Source: a virus
Virus record (IMG/VR): IMGVR_UViG_3300048920_000015
Span: 1 to 64,000 of that record
Length of the DNA: 64,000 nucleotides
Direction: 5' to 3' (one strand)
Part shown: positions 23,276-32,512 of the stretch, one piece after another
Layout of the letters: the number at the start of each line of letters is the position of its first letter
How positions within the stretch are numbered: the stretch's first letter is position 1
The notes under the pieces: generated by a model
What the model saw: only the letters and a program-made list of their open reading frames with translations
Told to the model about the DNA's origin: nothing
The model's database searches: none
Made by a program: the position numbers and the translations under genes

Positions 23276-23826
23276 TTCCCCTCCTTCAATAATTGAACCA
23301 CCTGTTCCCGTCTCTCTTTGACCAGACGTGCAGGAACCTCACCTCTTTCGGTGATCCACGATTTTACCTCATTTGCTGTTCCTTTGCAAATGGTAATTGC
23401 TTCTTTTTCGATTGCTGCGTCTTCGTGGCTCATGCCTTGACGCTCGGCCAGAGTCTTAATCTTGTGACAAGGTTTGCACAGGAATGCTAGGTCTTCTTTG
23501 CGGACAAACACAATGCCCTCAACAAACTTTTGGATATCGCTCACCTTCTTTAGCGAGTGTTCACCCGTCTTGTGGTCAACTTCCATGTTCTTCAGGATGT
23601 GTTCTTTGCCACAGATTTCACAAACCCCGCCCCAAACTTTTGGACGCCCTTTGCGGAGCTTCACGTTTGGGTTGGTGATCATCTTGCGAGCAGACTTGAC
23701 AAACTCCAACTTCACTGGATTCTTCGACCAGAGGTATCGCCGGATTCCGCCACGAATCCAGCTTAGATATGCCGACTCTGTTTTCCAAATCTCAGGGTAC
23801 TCTTCCCAAGGCTTGTATTCACTCAT
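23272..23826 (-). CDS. HNH endonuclease, 184 aa
   Basis: CEICGKEH...EVDHKTGEH...CKPCHKIKT (Cys pairs flanking the H-N-H core). Confidence 0.7.
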   Translation of the reverse strand: MSEYKPWEEYPEIWKTESAYLSWIRGGIRRYLWSKNPVKLEFVKSARKMITNPNVKLRKGRPKVWGGVCEICGKEHILKNMEVDHKTGEHSLKKVSDIQKFVEGIVFVRKEDLAFLCKPCHKIKTLAERQGMSHEDAAIEKEAITICKGTANEVKSWITERGEVPARLVKERREQVVQLLKEGK

Positions 23827-24860
23827 AGGGCGATGCCCAACTTGTCAAGCAGGTCACTTACGATGATGCGGTCATCTTTCCAACGACGCATGAAAGCACA
23901 GTCGAAATACATCTGCATGATTTCAACAGCATCTTTGTTCTGCATTTGACCCATGTGATCCATATACACAACTGGTTCAGGATACCAGAGTTTGTATTGG
24001 TTGTACACGGCAGTCATTGCTTCTTTGTCGTTCTTCGCATCTTTCAGAATGTTGAAGGCTGCGACTTCACCAAACGTGACACTCTTACCCGATTTGTCTT
24101 GCTGAATCTTCCACAGGTCACAGCCGTGGTAGTTGTCCACAGAATCGCCGTAGAGAGCTTGGTAATACAACCACATACGACCAGTGCCCTTGATGCCTTT
24201 ACCCTCTTTGTGCAGCTCTCCAAAGCCTTTGATGTAGATAGGCTTGGTCATCTTCTGAGGGTTGAACAGCCATCCAGTACATTGCAGGGCATCTTTATCC
24301 TCGGTCACCTGAATGATTCGGGCCTTAGCCAAGTGTCCGTCATATGCACGGATAGAGGACATGTCGTCCACTTCCTGATCGTTGACAACGATGGCTTGCA
24401 ATTCACCAATCATGTAAGAGCGCAACTCTTTCAGTTGCAATGGACGGATTGTTCCGTCACGGTTCTCCTTGTACTTCCCGCCAAGCTTACTTTGTCCAGC
24501 CCACTTACCACACGTTGCGACATGAGTCATTGGAAGTGGAATAAAATCACGGAAGTTGTTCTCACCGCCAATGTAAATCTCGTTGGAAGTGATGCCAAGT
24601 CTTGTTTGATGTCCTTTAATCATTTCACGAATCAGGCTCTTGCCATAGCTTGAGTGGCGAGCTTCTTGTACGTCAGTAATGGTGTACATGTCCTCAGTGT
24701 GTGGCGTGTCCTTTAGGAAGGCACGGAACGCTGTACGGTTATCCCAATGCTCAATCACACCCTTCTCGATGTGTTGTGTGGAGATTGTCTTTGTCTCGTT
24801 TGCTGCGGCTGCTTTGTATGCAATGCTGTCTGCGTCGAATACTAGAATGTCCTCGCTCAA
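23823..24860 (-). CDS. T7 gp6-like 5'-3' exonuclease / flap endonuclease, 345 aa, TTG start
   Basis: ILVFDADSIAYKA, KYKENR, EVDD, TEDKD and GDSVDNYHG follow the order of FEN acidic motifs. GGAGG lies 7 nt before the TTG. Confidence 0.75.
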   Translation of the reverse strand: MSEDILVFDADSIAYKAAAANETKTISTQHIEKGVIEHWDNRTAFRAFLKDTPHTEDMYTITDVQEARHSSYGKSLIREMIKGHQTRLGITSNEIYIGGENNFRDFIPLPMTHVATCGKWAGQSKLGGKYKENRDGTIRPLQLKELRSYMIGELQAIVVNDQEVDDMSSIRAYDGHLAKARIIQVTEDKDALQCTGWLFNPQKMTKPIYIKGFGELHKEGKGIKGTGRMWLYYQALYGDSVDNYHGCDLWKIQQDKSGKSVTFGEVAAFNILKDAKNDKEAMTAVYNQYKLWYPEPVVYMDHMGQMQNKDAVEIMQMYFDCAFMRRWKDDRIIVSDLLDKLGIAL

Positions 24861-24878
24861 TTTATTTCCTCCAAATAG

Positions 24879-24899
24879 CAAAAAGGCGCCGAAGCGCCA
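24879..24899 (-). terminator. rho-independent terminator (GGCGC-TTCG-GCGCC plus T5)
   Basis: After the stop of 24911..25174. Confidence 0.6.
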
Positions 24900-24910
24900 G
24901 TTTGTTTAAA

Positions 24911-25174
24911 TCAGTATTGAGACTCTTGCGTATCAACTTTTGCCTTTCGGCCAGTTACTCGCAGGTATGTCTCTTCAAGCTCGCGTTGAGCTTCTGTACG
25001 CTCATCAAAGGCGTCTGCTACGTGGAGCTTGGCAGAGGCTTGAAGAAGGGCGATAGCTTTCTTATCGAAGCCCACAGCCTTTGCATCTTCCTTGATTTGC
25101 TTGATGTCTTCTTTGTGTGCTAGAGAGTTAAGCTCTTCAGTGACAAACTTGTCAAATAGTTCAAACTCGGTCAT
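24911..25174 (-). CDS. hypothetical protein, 87 aa
   Basis: Track ORF. AAGGAG RBS. Confidence 0.6.
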   Translation of the reverse strand: MTEFELFDKFVTEELNSLAHKEDIKQIKEDAKAVGFDKKAIALLQASAKLHVADAFDERTEAQRELEETYLRVTGRKAKVDTQESQY

Positions 25175-25245
25175 TGTTTCTCCTTACAAGGTTGCTTGGT
25201 TTGATTCGTAGAGTTGCGGGGCATAAGCCCCGCAGTTCATACAGA

Positions 25246-26244
25246 TCAAAATGGTACGTCGTCATCGAAGTCTTCGTCTTCCTTCACAGGAGCCGAAGGA
25301 GCAATACCCGTTACAGGTTTTGCAGCTTCTTGTGGTGCAGCTTGGGTGTTGCCACCCTCCAACGCTTCCAGCTCACCTTTCAGGATAGAGCCTTCGTAGT
25401 TGTTAGCACGCTTGATGTGGTTCTTGATGCAAACACGCAGTTGCTTCACAGCTTCTGGATCGTTTGCAGCGTACAGGTTCACACCGTACAGAGTACCTTC
25501 TGGAGCTTCAGGCAGTGGAACACCTTCTGGCACCATACCAACCAGCTTAACTACTTCAGTAAAGTAGGAAGTGCCAGCGGTTTTACCCGGCTTCATGAAC
25601 ACTTGGAATTGGAACTGTGCAACCTTACCCAGCAACTCACCGATGCGGTTTTTGGTGAACAGACCATTCGCGTCCAGCAGTCCACAGGCGTCAGCCAGTT
25701 TGTGCAGTCCGTTGTTCTTGGCGAAAGCCCAAGTAGTTTTACCACCACCAAGATCGTGTTTGGTTTCACGAATGTTGTATGGCGATGCAACGATTTTGGT
25801 CTTGTCACCCGGCAGAGTGAACTCACGGTTCAGCAAAAGACGCAGTGGTTGCGGGTTGCTATTGCCGAAGAACTTGCCTTTGTCAACCATCACTTGTGGG
25901 AAGTCAATGGTAACTGCCATTTGCTGCACTGGTTTTTGAGGCCAGCACTTCAGACGGGCAGGCTTACCCTTGTCATCGAAACCATCTTTGAAGTACGTCG
26001 CAGGCTTTTCAGCGATTGCGGCAGCTTCAGCAGCGGCGTCACCAGTGAACACTTGTTCAGCGTCTTCCAGATTCTGCTCACCGAGGTCGATGATACCCGA
26101 AATCACGCCCGGTACAGAACGCGCTTTGTCTTGGGTCTTTGCCATTTCAATGACGTGGCTGTTCAGGCCATCCCAGTCAACTTCGCGCTTTTGTCCGCCA
26201 GCGGTTTGAGTAGTGGTAGTTGTTACGAAAGTAAAGCCAGTCAT
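25246..26244 (-). CDS. putative ssDNA-binding protein, 332 aa, with a host-SSB-like C-terminal tip EDEDFDDDVPF
   Basis: The acidic tail ending D-D-D-V-P-F mirrors the E. coli SSB tip DFDDDIPF. Sits in the replisome module where T7 gp2.5 would be expected. Confidence 0.6.
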   Translation of the reverse strand: MTGFTFVTTTTTQTAGGQKREVDWDGLNSHVIEMAKTQDKARSVPGVISGIIDLGEQNLEDAEQVFTGDAAAEAAAIAEKPATYFKDGFDDKGKPARLKCWPQKPVQQMAVTIDFPQVMVDKGKFFGNSNPQPLRLLLNREFTLPGDKTKIVASPYNIRETKHDLGGGKTTWAFAKNNGLHKLADACGLLDANGLFTKNRIGELLGKVAQFQFQVFMKPGKTAGTSYFTEVVKLVGMVPEGVPLPEAPEGTLYGVNLYAANDPEAVKQLRVCIKNHIKRANNYEGSILKGELEALEGGNTQAAPQEAAKPVTGIAPSAPVKEDEDFDDDVPF

Positions 26245-26329
26245 GTGTATCTCCTATCTTAAAACCCACTATTGGGCGATGTGGGGTCACTTGACCCCAG
26301 TATTAACGGCTGATCTGTCCTTACGACTA

Positions 26330-26458
26330 TCAGGCCGAAACTTTTACGTTGCCACGTCCACGCTTACGGCTCTTAGGTGCAGACACCTTGAAAGCTTTGT
26401 GACCAGCGGATTGGGTAACGCCTTGAGCGTGTGCTTGCTCATAGAAAATCTTTGCCAT
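26330..26458 (-). CDS. small basic protein, 42 aa (MAKIFYEQAHAQGVTQSAGHKAFKVSAPKSRKRGRGNVKVSA)
   Basis: Hand-translated. GGAGGG RBS 6 nt upstream. Confidence 0.45.
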   Translation of the reverse strand: MAKIFYEQAHAQGVTQSAGHKAFKVSAPKSRKRGRGNVKVSA

Positions 26459-26470
26459 GTTGTACCCTCC

Positions 26471-26914
26471 TTATCGAATTTCTTTGGTAGCAGCGTATTG
26501 GAAGATGCGAACACCTTTACGCTTACCGCCGAGCGCAGCCTTCAGTTCACGTGCAAAATCACGATCAGCAGTGGTTGCGTAGATTTCATCTTCAGCGTTC
26601 AGGACGCCATAGATAACCTTGTTTGGCAGAATTTCTTCAATGCCAACTTCAACAGGCGACTCTTCTACCAGAATCACTGGAGCCTCAACAACCACTTTCT
26701 TCTCGACAGCTTTTGGGGCTTCAACAAGGTCGTAGTGATCGGGAAGCAGATACTGAGTTTTACCCTGCTCATCACGGAAGAGCGACCAGACGCCACGGGG
26801 ATGGTTACCGAAGTCTTGACCTTCAGAAGTAGCCAGAGAGCCTGCTTTGAAACCATGATCATAAGTTTTTGTGTTGTGAATTCGAACAACAACACCTTTG
26901 GAAACTGAACCCAT
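26471..26914 (-). CDS. hypothetical protein, 147 aa
   Basis: Track ORF. Promoter at 26944..26972. Confidence 0.6.
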   Translation of the reverse strand: MGSVSKGVVVRIHNTKTYDHGFKAGSLATSEGQDFGNHPRGVWSLFRDEQGKTQYLLPDHYDLVEAPKAVEKKVVVEAPVILVEESPVEVGIEEILPNKVIYGVLNAEDEIYATTADRDFARELKAALGGKRKGVRIFQYAATKEIR

Positions 26915-26943
26915 TTGAATCCTCCTTCATATATTGAATGCGT

Positions 26944-26972
26944 ATATTACAACGCTTCTTCGTTTGTGTCAA
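26944..26972 (-). promoter_or_regulatory. sigma70-type promoter TTGACA-17-TAATAT
   Basis: Overlaps the 3' end of 26947..27132. Confidence 0.55.
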
Positions 26973-27132
26973 CCATTAATTCCACTTGATCATGTTCCAA
27001 TCGTTGCGTGATTCCGCGTTGGTTCACGTAGATGAACGTACCCATGACTTCAGCTGAGCTGACACGCTTTACGATTTCTCCTAAAGCGTACATGTGGTAG
27101 CTGTCTTTCTTGATGACGCGGTATCGGCTCAC
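26947..27132 (-). CDS. hypothetical protein, 61 aa
   Basis: Track ORF. Confidence 0.55.
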   Translation of the reverse strand: MSRYRVIKKDSYHMYALGEIVKRVSSAEVMGTFIYVNQRGITQRLEHDQVELMVDTNEEAL

Positions 27133-27419
27133 GCCAGCAACTCTTTGAAGCGTTCAGCCACTCGACCGAGACGGGAGTGCGATTCTTCAGCGGATGCCAG
27201 AAGCTTTTGACGCTTCTCGATTTCAGCTTCGTGATCAGCTTTTTGGCTGGCGATCTGAGCTTGTGCAGCTTCCAGATTGGCTTGAGCCTGAGTGAAGCCA
27301 GCCAGAGCATCGTTCATCAATTGCTCAGGGGTTTTGCCTTTCTTGCTGGAGAACATACCAGTGAAGTCAAAAGCCGAAGTGGATGCGGTGCCAACAGTTG
27401 GTTCGTTACGCTGAGTCAT
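27129..27419 (-). CDS. hypothetical coiled-coil protein, 96 aa
   Basis: Track ORF trimmed to MTQRNE (GGAGG RBS, downstream of the promoter at 27451..27479). Confidence 0.55.
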   Translation of the reverse strand: MTQRNEPTVGTASTSAFDFTGMFSSKKGKTPEQLMNDALAGFTQAQANLEAAQAQIASQKADHEAEIEKRQKLLASAEESHSRLGRVAERFKELLA

Positions 27420-27450
27420 TGTGTTTCCTCCGTTGTGTTTGATGAGGTGG

Positions 27451-27479
27451 ATTGTAGAGACATCCTTGTCGCATGTCAA
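27451..27479 (-). promoter_or_regulatory. sigma70-type promoter TTGACA-17-TACAAT
   Basis: In the gap after the DNA polymerase gene. Confidence 0.65.
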
Positions 27480-27486
27480 CCCCAAA

Positions 27487-29787
27487 TCAGTGAATATCAG
27501 AATATCTTTGGCCAAATTGTGTTTGGCAACCAAGCTTACGGCGAAGGTTGTAATCCTTGTTCACCTTCTCTACAGCATCCTCAATGATCTTAGAGATGGC
27601 CGCACGGTTCTTCTCACTGTCACCAAGGCAAATGATGCATTCGTCGTGGAAAGAGCCTGTCAGAGTCTTACGACCAAACATCTCAAGCATGGCCGTCAGG
27701 ATGTTATCAACCCACATGTCAAAGAAGTACGATCCAGTGCCTTGAGCTAGAGTCGAGAAGCGGTCAGCCTCAGAACGCAAGCTGTAGCAGAACCCGTTGA
27801 TTGGGTTGATCAGCCACTTATTACCGCGTGCATCTTTGAACACCACCTGCTCTTCTGCAATGGCCTTTACAGACCAGTTCAGTTCCCAGTAAGCGGTGTG
27901 CAGCTTCTTACCAGTCTCAAGGTCTACACCAGCAGCTTGAGCGATCTTGGCAGCACCAGCGTTGTACACAGAAGCATAGTTGGTTGTCTTACCGTTCTTA
28001 CGACCTTTCTTCACGTGAGCTGGGTGAGAGCCTTTCGGGTCAGCCATGAACGCATCGAAGTCAGCTTGACTAATCATCATAGCTGTCAAAGCCATGAGGA
28101 TGTGTGGGTCAAAACCGTCAGCCTGCATCGTAGCAACATACTCAGGGTCATGTGGCAACATGAAGTGGTGCTTCACACGGTCTTCCAGAGAAGACATGTC
28201 AGAACCAGCTAGAATCTTTTTGATGCCAGCAATCAAACTACCACGGATATCATAACCATAAGGCTTGTCCACACCCGGAAGGTTTACCAGTTCACGGTGC
28301 TTAACTCGCAGAGTGTTTGTGAAGCCACCAATACGAGCCTTCAACCACTTACCATCAACCATGTCACGGAAGAAACCTTTCAACACGTTACGGCGGTTCT
28401 CAGCAACCTTGTAGTGTGCATACACCTTAATCGCTGGCACTTCCTCAGCCAGATCAATCAGAGAGTGGCACAACTCCTTACCGTCATCACCACCAACCGA
28501 GATTTGTGGTATTGCACGTTCTTCAGGACGGCTATTCTTCCAGTGTTCCCACTGTCTGTGATTGGCTTTCCCTTGTGGCTTGCTTGCGATCCAAGCATTG
28601 AAAGCCACTTCGTCTTTCTCGTACTTGAACGACTGAGGAACCCAGCCTTTCGAGAACAGGAAGTCTTTCACCTGTGCCGGACTACCCGGATTAGGTTCTT
28701 CGTTCTTGTTCCACACACGATAGGCTTGCTTACCTTCAACCAGTGCGTCTTCCTTGTCGATGTAAACCAAAGGCTTGCCAGTTTCAGGGTCAACCTCGCC
28801 AGCCTCAAGCTGTCGCATGGTTTCATCCCAACGTACCCAATGACTGTTACGCTCGCCATTCTTCTTGAATGGGTCAGCTTTAGGCTCAGTCTTCTTAACG
28901 TACTTTGGAACCTTCGGCATCACTTCGATCAAGCCTTGACGTGCTTCCAGCACAACTGCTTCCAACTTGTCAAGTGCTGCACGGCAATGCTCAACATCAA
29001 CCTCCCAGCGAGTGTCCTCCTGAAGTGCTACACAGTCCATCTTGAACATCAGGAATGTGAGAATACTGTCAATTGCAGACTCGACAGTGCGGCCAATCAT
29101 ATTGTCAATAGGAATCCACTCATCAGGACTGATGCGAGTGCCACCAACGTTCAACACCTTCTCAAGATTGCCTTTCTTGTCACGGATTTCTTGCCCGTTG
29201 TCAATTAAACCTTGGGCAATGGTGTACATATCAACCAGACGCTCTTTGTGGTCTTCCCACAGAGCAACGTTGATCTTAACGTCTTCTGCACAACGGTGTT
29301 CCATACGATCAAGGAACGTTTCAAGGCTTTCGTCTTCGCCCTGTTCCCAACTGTCAATCGCTGGCTTTGCAATGCCGTAGTCATCGAAGAAGCTATCCAA
29401 ACCGTGCATATTACGATCAGGACTCAAGTACCACGAAAGTGCAAGTGTGTCAATAACCATCAGCTTATCAAGGTCAACACCTTGGGCTTTTAACTCTTCA
29501 GACAGCAAGAGCTTTACAAGCTTGGCGTCATAACCAATACCGTTGTGCATCACAACTGGGATGTTGTTGTCAATGTGGTATTTGAAGAAAGCTACCACTT
29601 GGCCTTTGTAGTCGCGTCCAGAACGATCAAGCTTATCCCGGCGAATAGTCGCCTCAATGAAAGCCCCTTCCAGCTTTGGGCTTTTCATCTTGTAGGACAT
29701 AACGTGCATTGTGGTTACGGTATCGAGCAAGCCGTCAGCTTCAAAGTCGCAGACAGATGCCAGATTCCAGTTAGTAATTTGTTTCAT
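27487..29787 (-). CDS. family A DNA polymerase with 3'-5' exonuclease domain, 766 aa
   Basis: Exo I DFEADGL. Pol motif A DMSSLEDRV, motif B KTTNYASVYNAG and motif C GSFHDECI. Trimmed to MKQITNW after AAGGAG. Confidence 0.9.
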   Translation of the reverse strand: MKQITNWNLASVCDFEADGLLDTVTTMHVMSYKMKSPKLEGAFIEATIRRDKLDRSGRDYKGQVVAFFKYHIDNNIPVVMHNGIGYDAKLVKLLLSEELKAQGVDLDKLMVIDTLALSWYLSPDRNMHGLDSFFDDYGIAKPAIDSWEQGEDESLETFLDRMEHRCAEDVKINVALWEDHKERLVDMYTIAQGLIDNGQEIRDKKGNLEKVLNVGGTRISPDEWIPIDNMIGRTVESAIDSILTFLMFKMDCVALQEDTRWEVDVEHCRAALDKLEAVVLEARQGLIEVMPKVPKYVKKTEPKADPFKKNGERNSHWVRWDETMRQLEAGEVDPETGKPLVYIDKEDALVEGKQAYRVWNKNEEPNPGSPAQVKDFLFSKGWVPQSFKYEKDEVAFNAWIASKPQGKANHRQWEHWKNSRPEERAIPQISVGGDDGKELCHSLIDLAEEVPAIKVYAHYKVAENRRNVLKGFFRDMVDGKWLKARIGGFTNTLRVKHRELVNLPGVDKPYGYDIRGSLIAGIKKILAGSDMSSLEDRVKHHFMLPHDPEYVATMQADGFDPHILMALTAMMISQADFDAFMADPKGSHPAHVKKGRKNGKTTNYASVYNAGAAKIAQAAGVDLETGKKLHTAYWELNWSVKAIAEEQVVFKDARGNKWLINPINGFCYSLRSEADRFSTLAQGTGSYFFDMWVDNILTAMLEMFGRKTLTGSFHDECIICLGDSEKNRAAISKIIEDAVEKVNKDYNLRRKLGCQTQFGQRYSDIH

Positions 29788-29799
29788 TCTTCTCTCCTT

Positions 29800-29835
29800 A
29801 AAACGACGAAAGGGATCATACCTAAGCATGATCCC
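29800..29835 (-). terminator. 8-bp hairpin GGGATCAT/ATGATCCC plus TTTCGTCGTTTT; its 3' arm contains the -10 of the next promoter
   Basis: Stem 29812..29835, after the primase-helicase stop. Confidence 0.45.
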
Positions 29836-29844
29836 CCTTGTCAA
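29815..29844 (-). promoter_or_regulatory. sigma70-type promoter TTGACA-18-TATGAT
   Basis: Upstream of the DNA polymerase gene. Confidence 0.55.
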
Positions 29845-29849
29845 CCTAC

Positions 29850-31787
29850 TTAGTATTTAGGCTGGTAGTCAGAATTGTCATTCTCATCACCACGCATCTC
29901 GTACTCATGACGCTTGTCTGGGTTACGATCAAGGAAGTCTTCCAAGTCGTGAACCGTGTGAGTCGCGTTGTCGTAGTAGTATTTCCCTGCGTTTGGAGAT
30001 GTGTTACCAGTCCAACGACACTTGGTCATCTTCATGTTGGTGATGTTACGCTCAATCTCGTTTTCAGCTTCCTTGTTACGTGTGAACAACAGGTTACAGG
30101 CAGCCGATTTGAAGATTGCAGAAGAGCCTTGGAAGTCTTCTTCGAACAGATCAGCACCAGCAGAGTTAGCCTTGCTGCCACCAGCACTCTTACGAACGTG
30201 GTTGATCAGGATGAAGCTTACGTCATGGGATTTCACCATGCCTTTCAGCCACTTCATGAACACGGCTTGCTCTTCGTTGCTCATACCATCCATGATGTCT
30301 TGGAGAGGGTCAATGATGATCACCTTGCACTCACATGCAATGATCAGGTTCATGATCTTCTCTTTGATGTCGTCCAGAGAGCCATCACGCTCTTCAATCA
30401 AGTGCCAGCGATGAGAGCCATCTTCCTTGAAGAACAAGTCTTGTGCAGCCTTCTCAGCCTCTTCAGAGTTGAAGAACTCGATCTTCTGAGCATCAGTCAT
30501 CAGGTCAATTTTCTTGCCGATGTGGCGAGAAAGCATCTTGTTCCCGTACTGTGCACAATCACTCTCAAGCGACAGAACACCCGGCTTGTGTGGACTATTG
30601 AAAATCCAGTGATAGACACATTCGTCTACGTGCGTGGACTTACCAGTACCAGATGCCGACCCCAAGTTTACGATAACCTTCAGTGGAATACCACCGCCCA
30701 TCATCGCCTCAACACGGTGCATGTAACGTGGCAACGGAATCTTTGGAATCACAGCCGCTGCTTTCATCAGTTTCATTAGGCTACCAGAGCCTACAATACC
30801 TGATGGAGTGTAAGGCACAGCCTTATAGAACTCTTGAACGAATGTGAACTCCTTGTTGACCGCTACACCTTTGTCCTTGTCCCACATGTAGCTGTTTGGG
30901 TCTTTCATGGACATTTCCATGACGTATGCCTTACCTTTCGGTAGAGCTTTACAGACTAGCTCTGTGGCTTTACGTCCGGCTTCATCGTTGTCCATACACA
31001 CGATGATACGTTCAAAGCGGTTGAACCACTCGTACTGCATCACAATCTGCTTCTCACAGCCAGTCTCACCAATTGTTGGAGACACAACCGGAGTTGGATC
31101 ATAAGACGTGCCGTTCTTGGCGTTGGAGCGTGCGTTCTGGTCAGCCAGCATCTGGAATGCGGACAGTTGGTCAACTTCACCACCAACGATCAAGCAATAC
31201 TTACCACGCTGACGGATGAACTTGAATTGACCGAACAACTGACACTCACGACCTGTCTCACCCAACGCTCCTTTAAAGTCTTTAGGGTGTTGACGACGCT
31301 TGTAGCCAGTGAGGATAAACCCGTGGTCATTCTCAGCCTCCGCTGTGGTTGGGTAGTACTGAACGTTTACCTGACCTGTCTGAGTGTCAAACTCATGACG
31401 GACACCAAATGCTGCTGTGGTGTCTTTGCGAATACCGCGATACCCTTTCGAGTCCGTTGAAGTCACTTCTTTCATCTTTGCATGGATTTCATCGTTAAAC
31501 TCAGCACCCACTATATTGTACTCCTGCTCTTCTACAACACCATTTTCTTCCAGCCATTCCTCAGAAGGAATAGTGAAACCACCACAACCACCAAAGCAAT
31601 GGGCGCCTTTGTGGCGCCCAACATCGTCACACCCATATACCATCAGGTTGTCACCAGAGCGATCCATGCCCTTTTCTTCACACTTCGGACAGCCGACCTT
31701 TCCATATGTGTACAGGTCGATTCCATATTTTTCCGCGATTTCAAGACTTGTCAAGCTGCTCGGGCCTCCGTGTAAGTTTGTTGCCAT
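29850..31787 (-). CDS. T7 gp4-like bifunctional primase-helicase, 645 aa (alternative TTG start at 31754)
   Basis: Zn finger CPKCEE...CFGGCGG, a TOPRIM region, Walker A GSASGTGKST and DnaB-like motifs. The TTG at 31754 has a GGAGG upstream and a TTGA overlap with the upstream stop. Confidence 0.9.
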   Translation of the reverse strand: MATNLHGGPSSLTSLEIAEKYGIDLYTYGKVGCPKCEEKGMDRSGDNLMVYGCDDVGRHKGAHCFGGCGGFTIPSEEWLEENGVVEEQEYNIVGAEFNDEIHAKMKEVTSTDSKGYRGIRKDTTAAFGVRHEFDTQTGQVNVQYYPTTAEAENDHGFILTGYKRRQHPKDFKGALGETGRECQLFGQFKFIRQRGKYCLIVGGEVDQLSAFQMLADQNARSNAKNGTSYDPTPVVSPTIGETGCEKQIVMQYEWFNRFERIIVCMDNDEAGRKATELVCKALPKGKAYVMEMSMKDPNSYMWDKDKGVAVNKEFTFVQEFYKAVPYTPSGIVGSGSLMKLMKAAAVIPKIPLPRYMHRVEAMMGGGIPLKVIVNLGSASGTGKSTHVDECVYHWIFNSPHKPGVLSLESDCAQYGNKMLSRHIGKKIDLMTDAQKIEFFNSEEAEKAAQDLFFKEDGSHRWHLIEERDGSLDDIKEKIMNLIIACECKVIIIDPLQDIMDGMSNEEQAVFMKWLKGMVKSHDVSFILINHVRKSAGGSKANSAGADLFEEDFQGSSAIFKSAACNLLFTRNKEAENEIERNITNMKMTKCRWTGNTSPNAGKYYYDNATHTVHDLEDFLDRNPDKRHEYEMRGDENDNSDYQPKY

Positions 31788-32095
31788 ACAGACGTGCTAC
31801 CCGGCGTACCACCGCTTGGTGGAGTGCCATCACCACCGCCAGTTGGAGGTTTAGGGTTTGGCTTCTCTTTGTCACGTGCACGGGCTTTTGCCCCATGAAC
31901 CATACCACGATACTTATCTTCGAAAGACTCGCTCACAGGTAGGCTCAGCATGAAGCTGCCGTTCTCAATCTTGGACATGGAGAACTGTTCCATCCCAGAT
32001 GAGAATGCAAAGTCAATCGCACTGTGTCTGTGCAGGAAGTTCAGCATGATGATGTTGCCATTCATCGTCGGCGGCAGCAAATCTTCTGGTTTCAT
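31751..32095 (-). CDS. hypothetical protein, 114 aa, Pro/Gly-rich C-terminus
   Basis: Track ORF. AAAGGAG RBS. Confidence 0.55.
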   Translation of the reverse strand: MKPEDLLPPTMNGNIIMLNFLHRHSAIDFAFSSGMEQFSMSKIENGSFMLSLPVSESFEDKYRGMVHGAKARARDKEKPNPKPPTGGGDGTPPSGGTPGSTSVWQQTYTEARAA

Positions 32096-32211
32096 TCGTT
32101 ATCACTCCTTTTGTGCTTACGTTTGCGACGGTATTTGGTACGGTCACGTTCTACTTTCGGGATATTGACTCGACGGTTAGGCCCAGCCAAAGGGTTGCGT
32201 ATCTTAGTCAA
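32092..32211 (-). CDS. possible very basic mini-protein, 39 aa, TTG start (..VERDRTKYRRKRKHKRSDNE)
   Basis: 3' part of track ORF 32092..32385. Fills the 32095-32204 gap. Weak RBS. Confidence 0.25.
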   Translation of the reverse strand: MTKIRNPLAGPNRRVNIPKVERDRTKYRRKRKHKRSDNE

Positions 32212-32416
32212 CGATAATCTTCCTGATCCATTGATGGGTGGCTGCGTCAACCTCGTACTGATCGTGGCTGGTCGCGTTCTCGATGTGGATAATGTAAACC
32301 TGTCCACCAACCCCACCACTTGATGATTGGACACGAACAGACTGAGTAGAGTCACGGGCTTGCACTCTTTTCTCAAGCTCATCACACATGTTCAAAATCT
32401 GACCTTCTGTAATCAT
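32204..32416 (-). CDS. hypothetical protein, 70 aa
   Basis: Track ORF trimmed to MITEGQ (AGGAGAG RBS, downstream of the promoter at 32443..32470). Confidence 0.55.
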   Translation of the reverse strand: MITEGQILNMCDELEKRVQARDSTQSVRVQSSSGGVGGQVYIIHIENATSHDQYEVDAATHQWIRKIIVD

Positions 32417-32442
32417 TGTCTCTCTCCTGTTGGTGAGCGTGC

Positions 32443-32470
32443 ATTGTACATCACCTTTTACTATTGTCAA
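32443..32470 (-). promoter_or_regulatory. sigma70-type promoter TTGACA-16-TACAAT
   Basis: Read on the minus strand. Confidence 0.65.
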
Positions 32471-32484
32471 GCCCTCACAAATAG

Positions 32485-32512
32485 AAAACCCCCATGACCG
32501 AAGCCACAGGGG
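32485..32512 (-). terminator. rho-independent terminator: 10-bp stem (3 G-U pairs) with UUCG tetraloop, plus TTTTCTATTT
   Basis: CCCCTGTGGC-TTCG-GTCATGGGGG on the minus strand. Confidence 0.7.

Noticed and set aside
25174-26262. Long plus-strand ORF (362 aa) antisense to the SSB gene. Similar long plus ORFs occur at 56550..57653 (367 aa), 29838..30779 (313 aa), 28297..29208, 23946..24653 and 10748..11398.
   Set aside because: Each lies entirely opposite a minus-strand gene with clear motifs or synteny. They lack an RBS and promoter and have low-complexity, Cys/His/Val-rich composition typical of shadow frames.
31751-31787. The 37-nt overlap between 31751..32095 and the primase-helicase ORF, considered as a possible frameshift fusion.
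   Set aside because: An in-frame TTG at 31754, preceded by GGAGG and forming a TTGA stop/start overlap, explains the arrangement without recoding.
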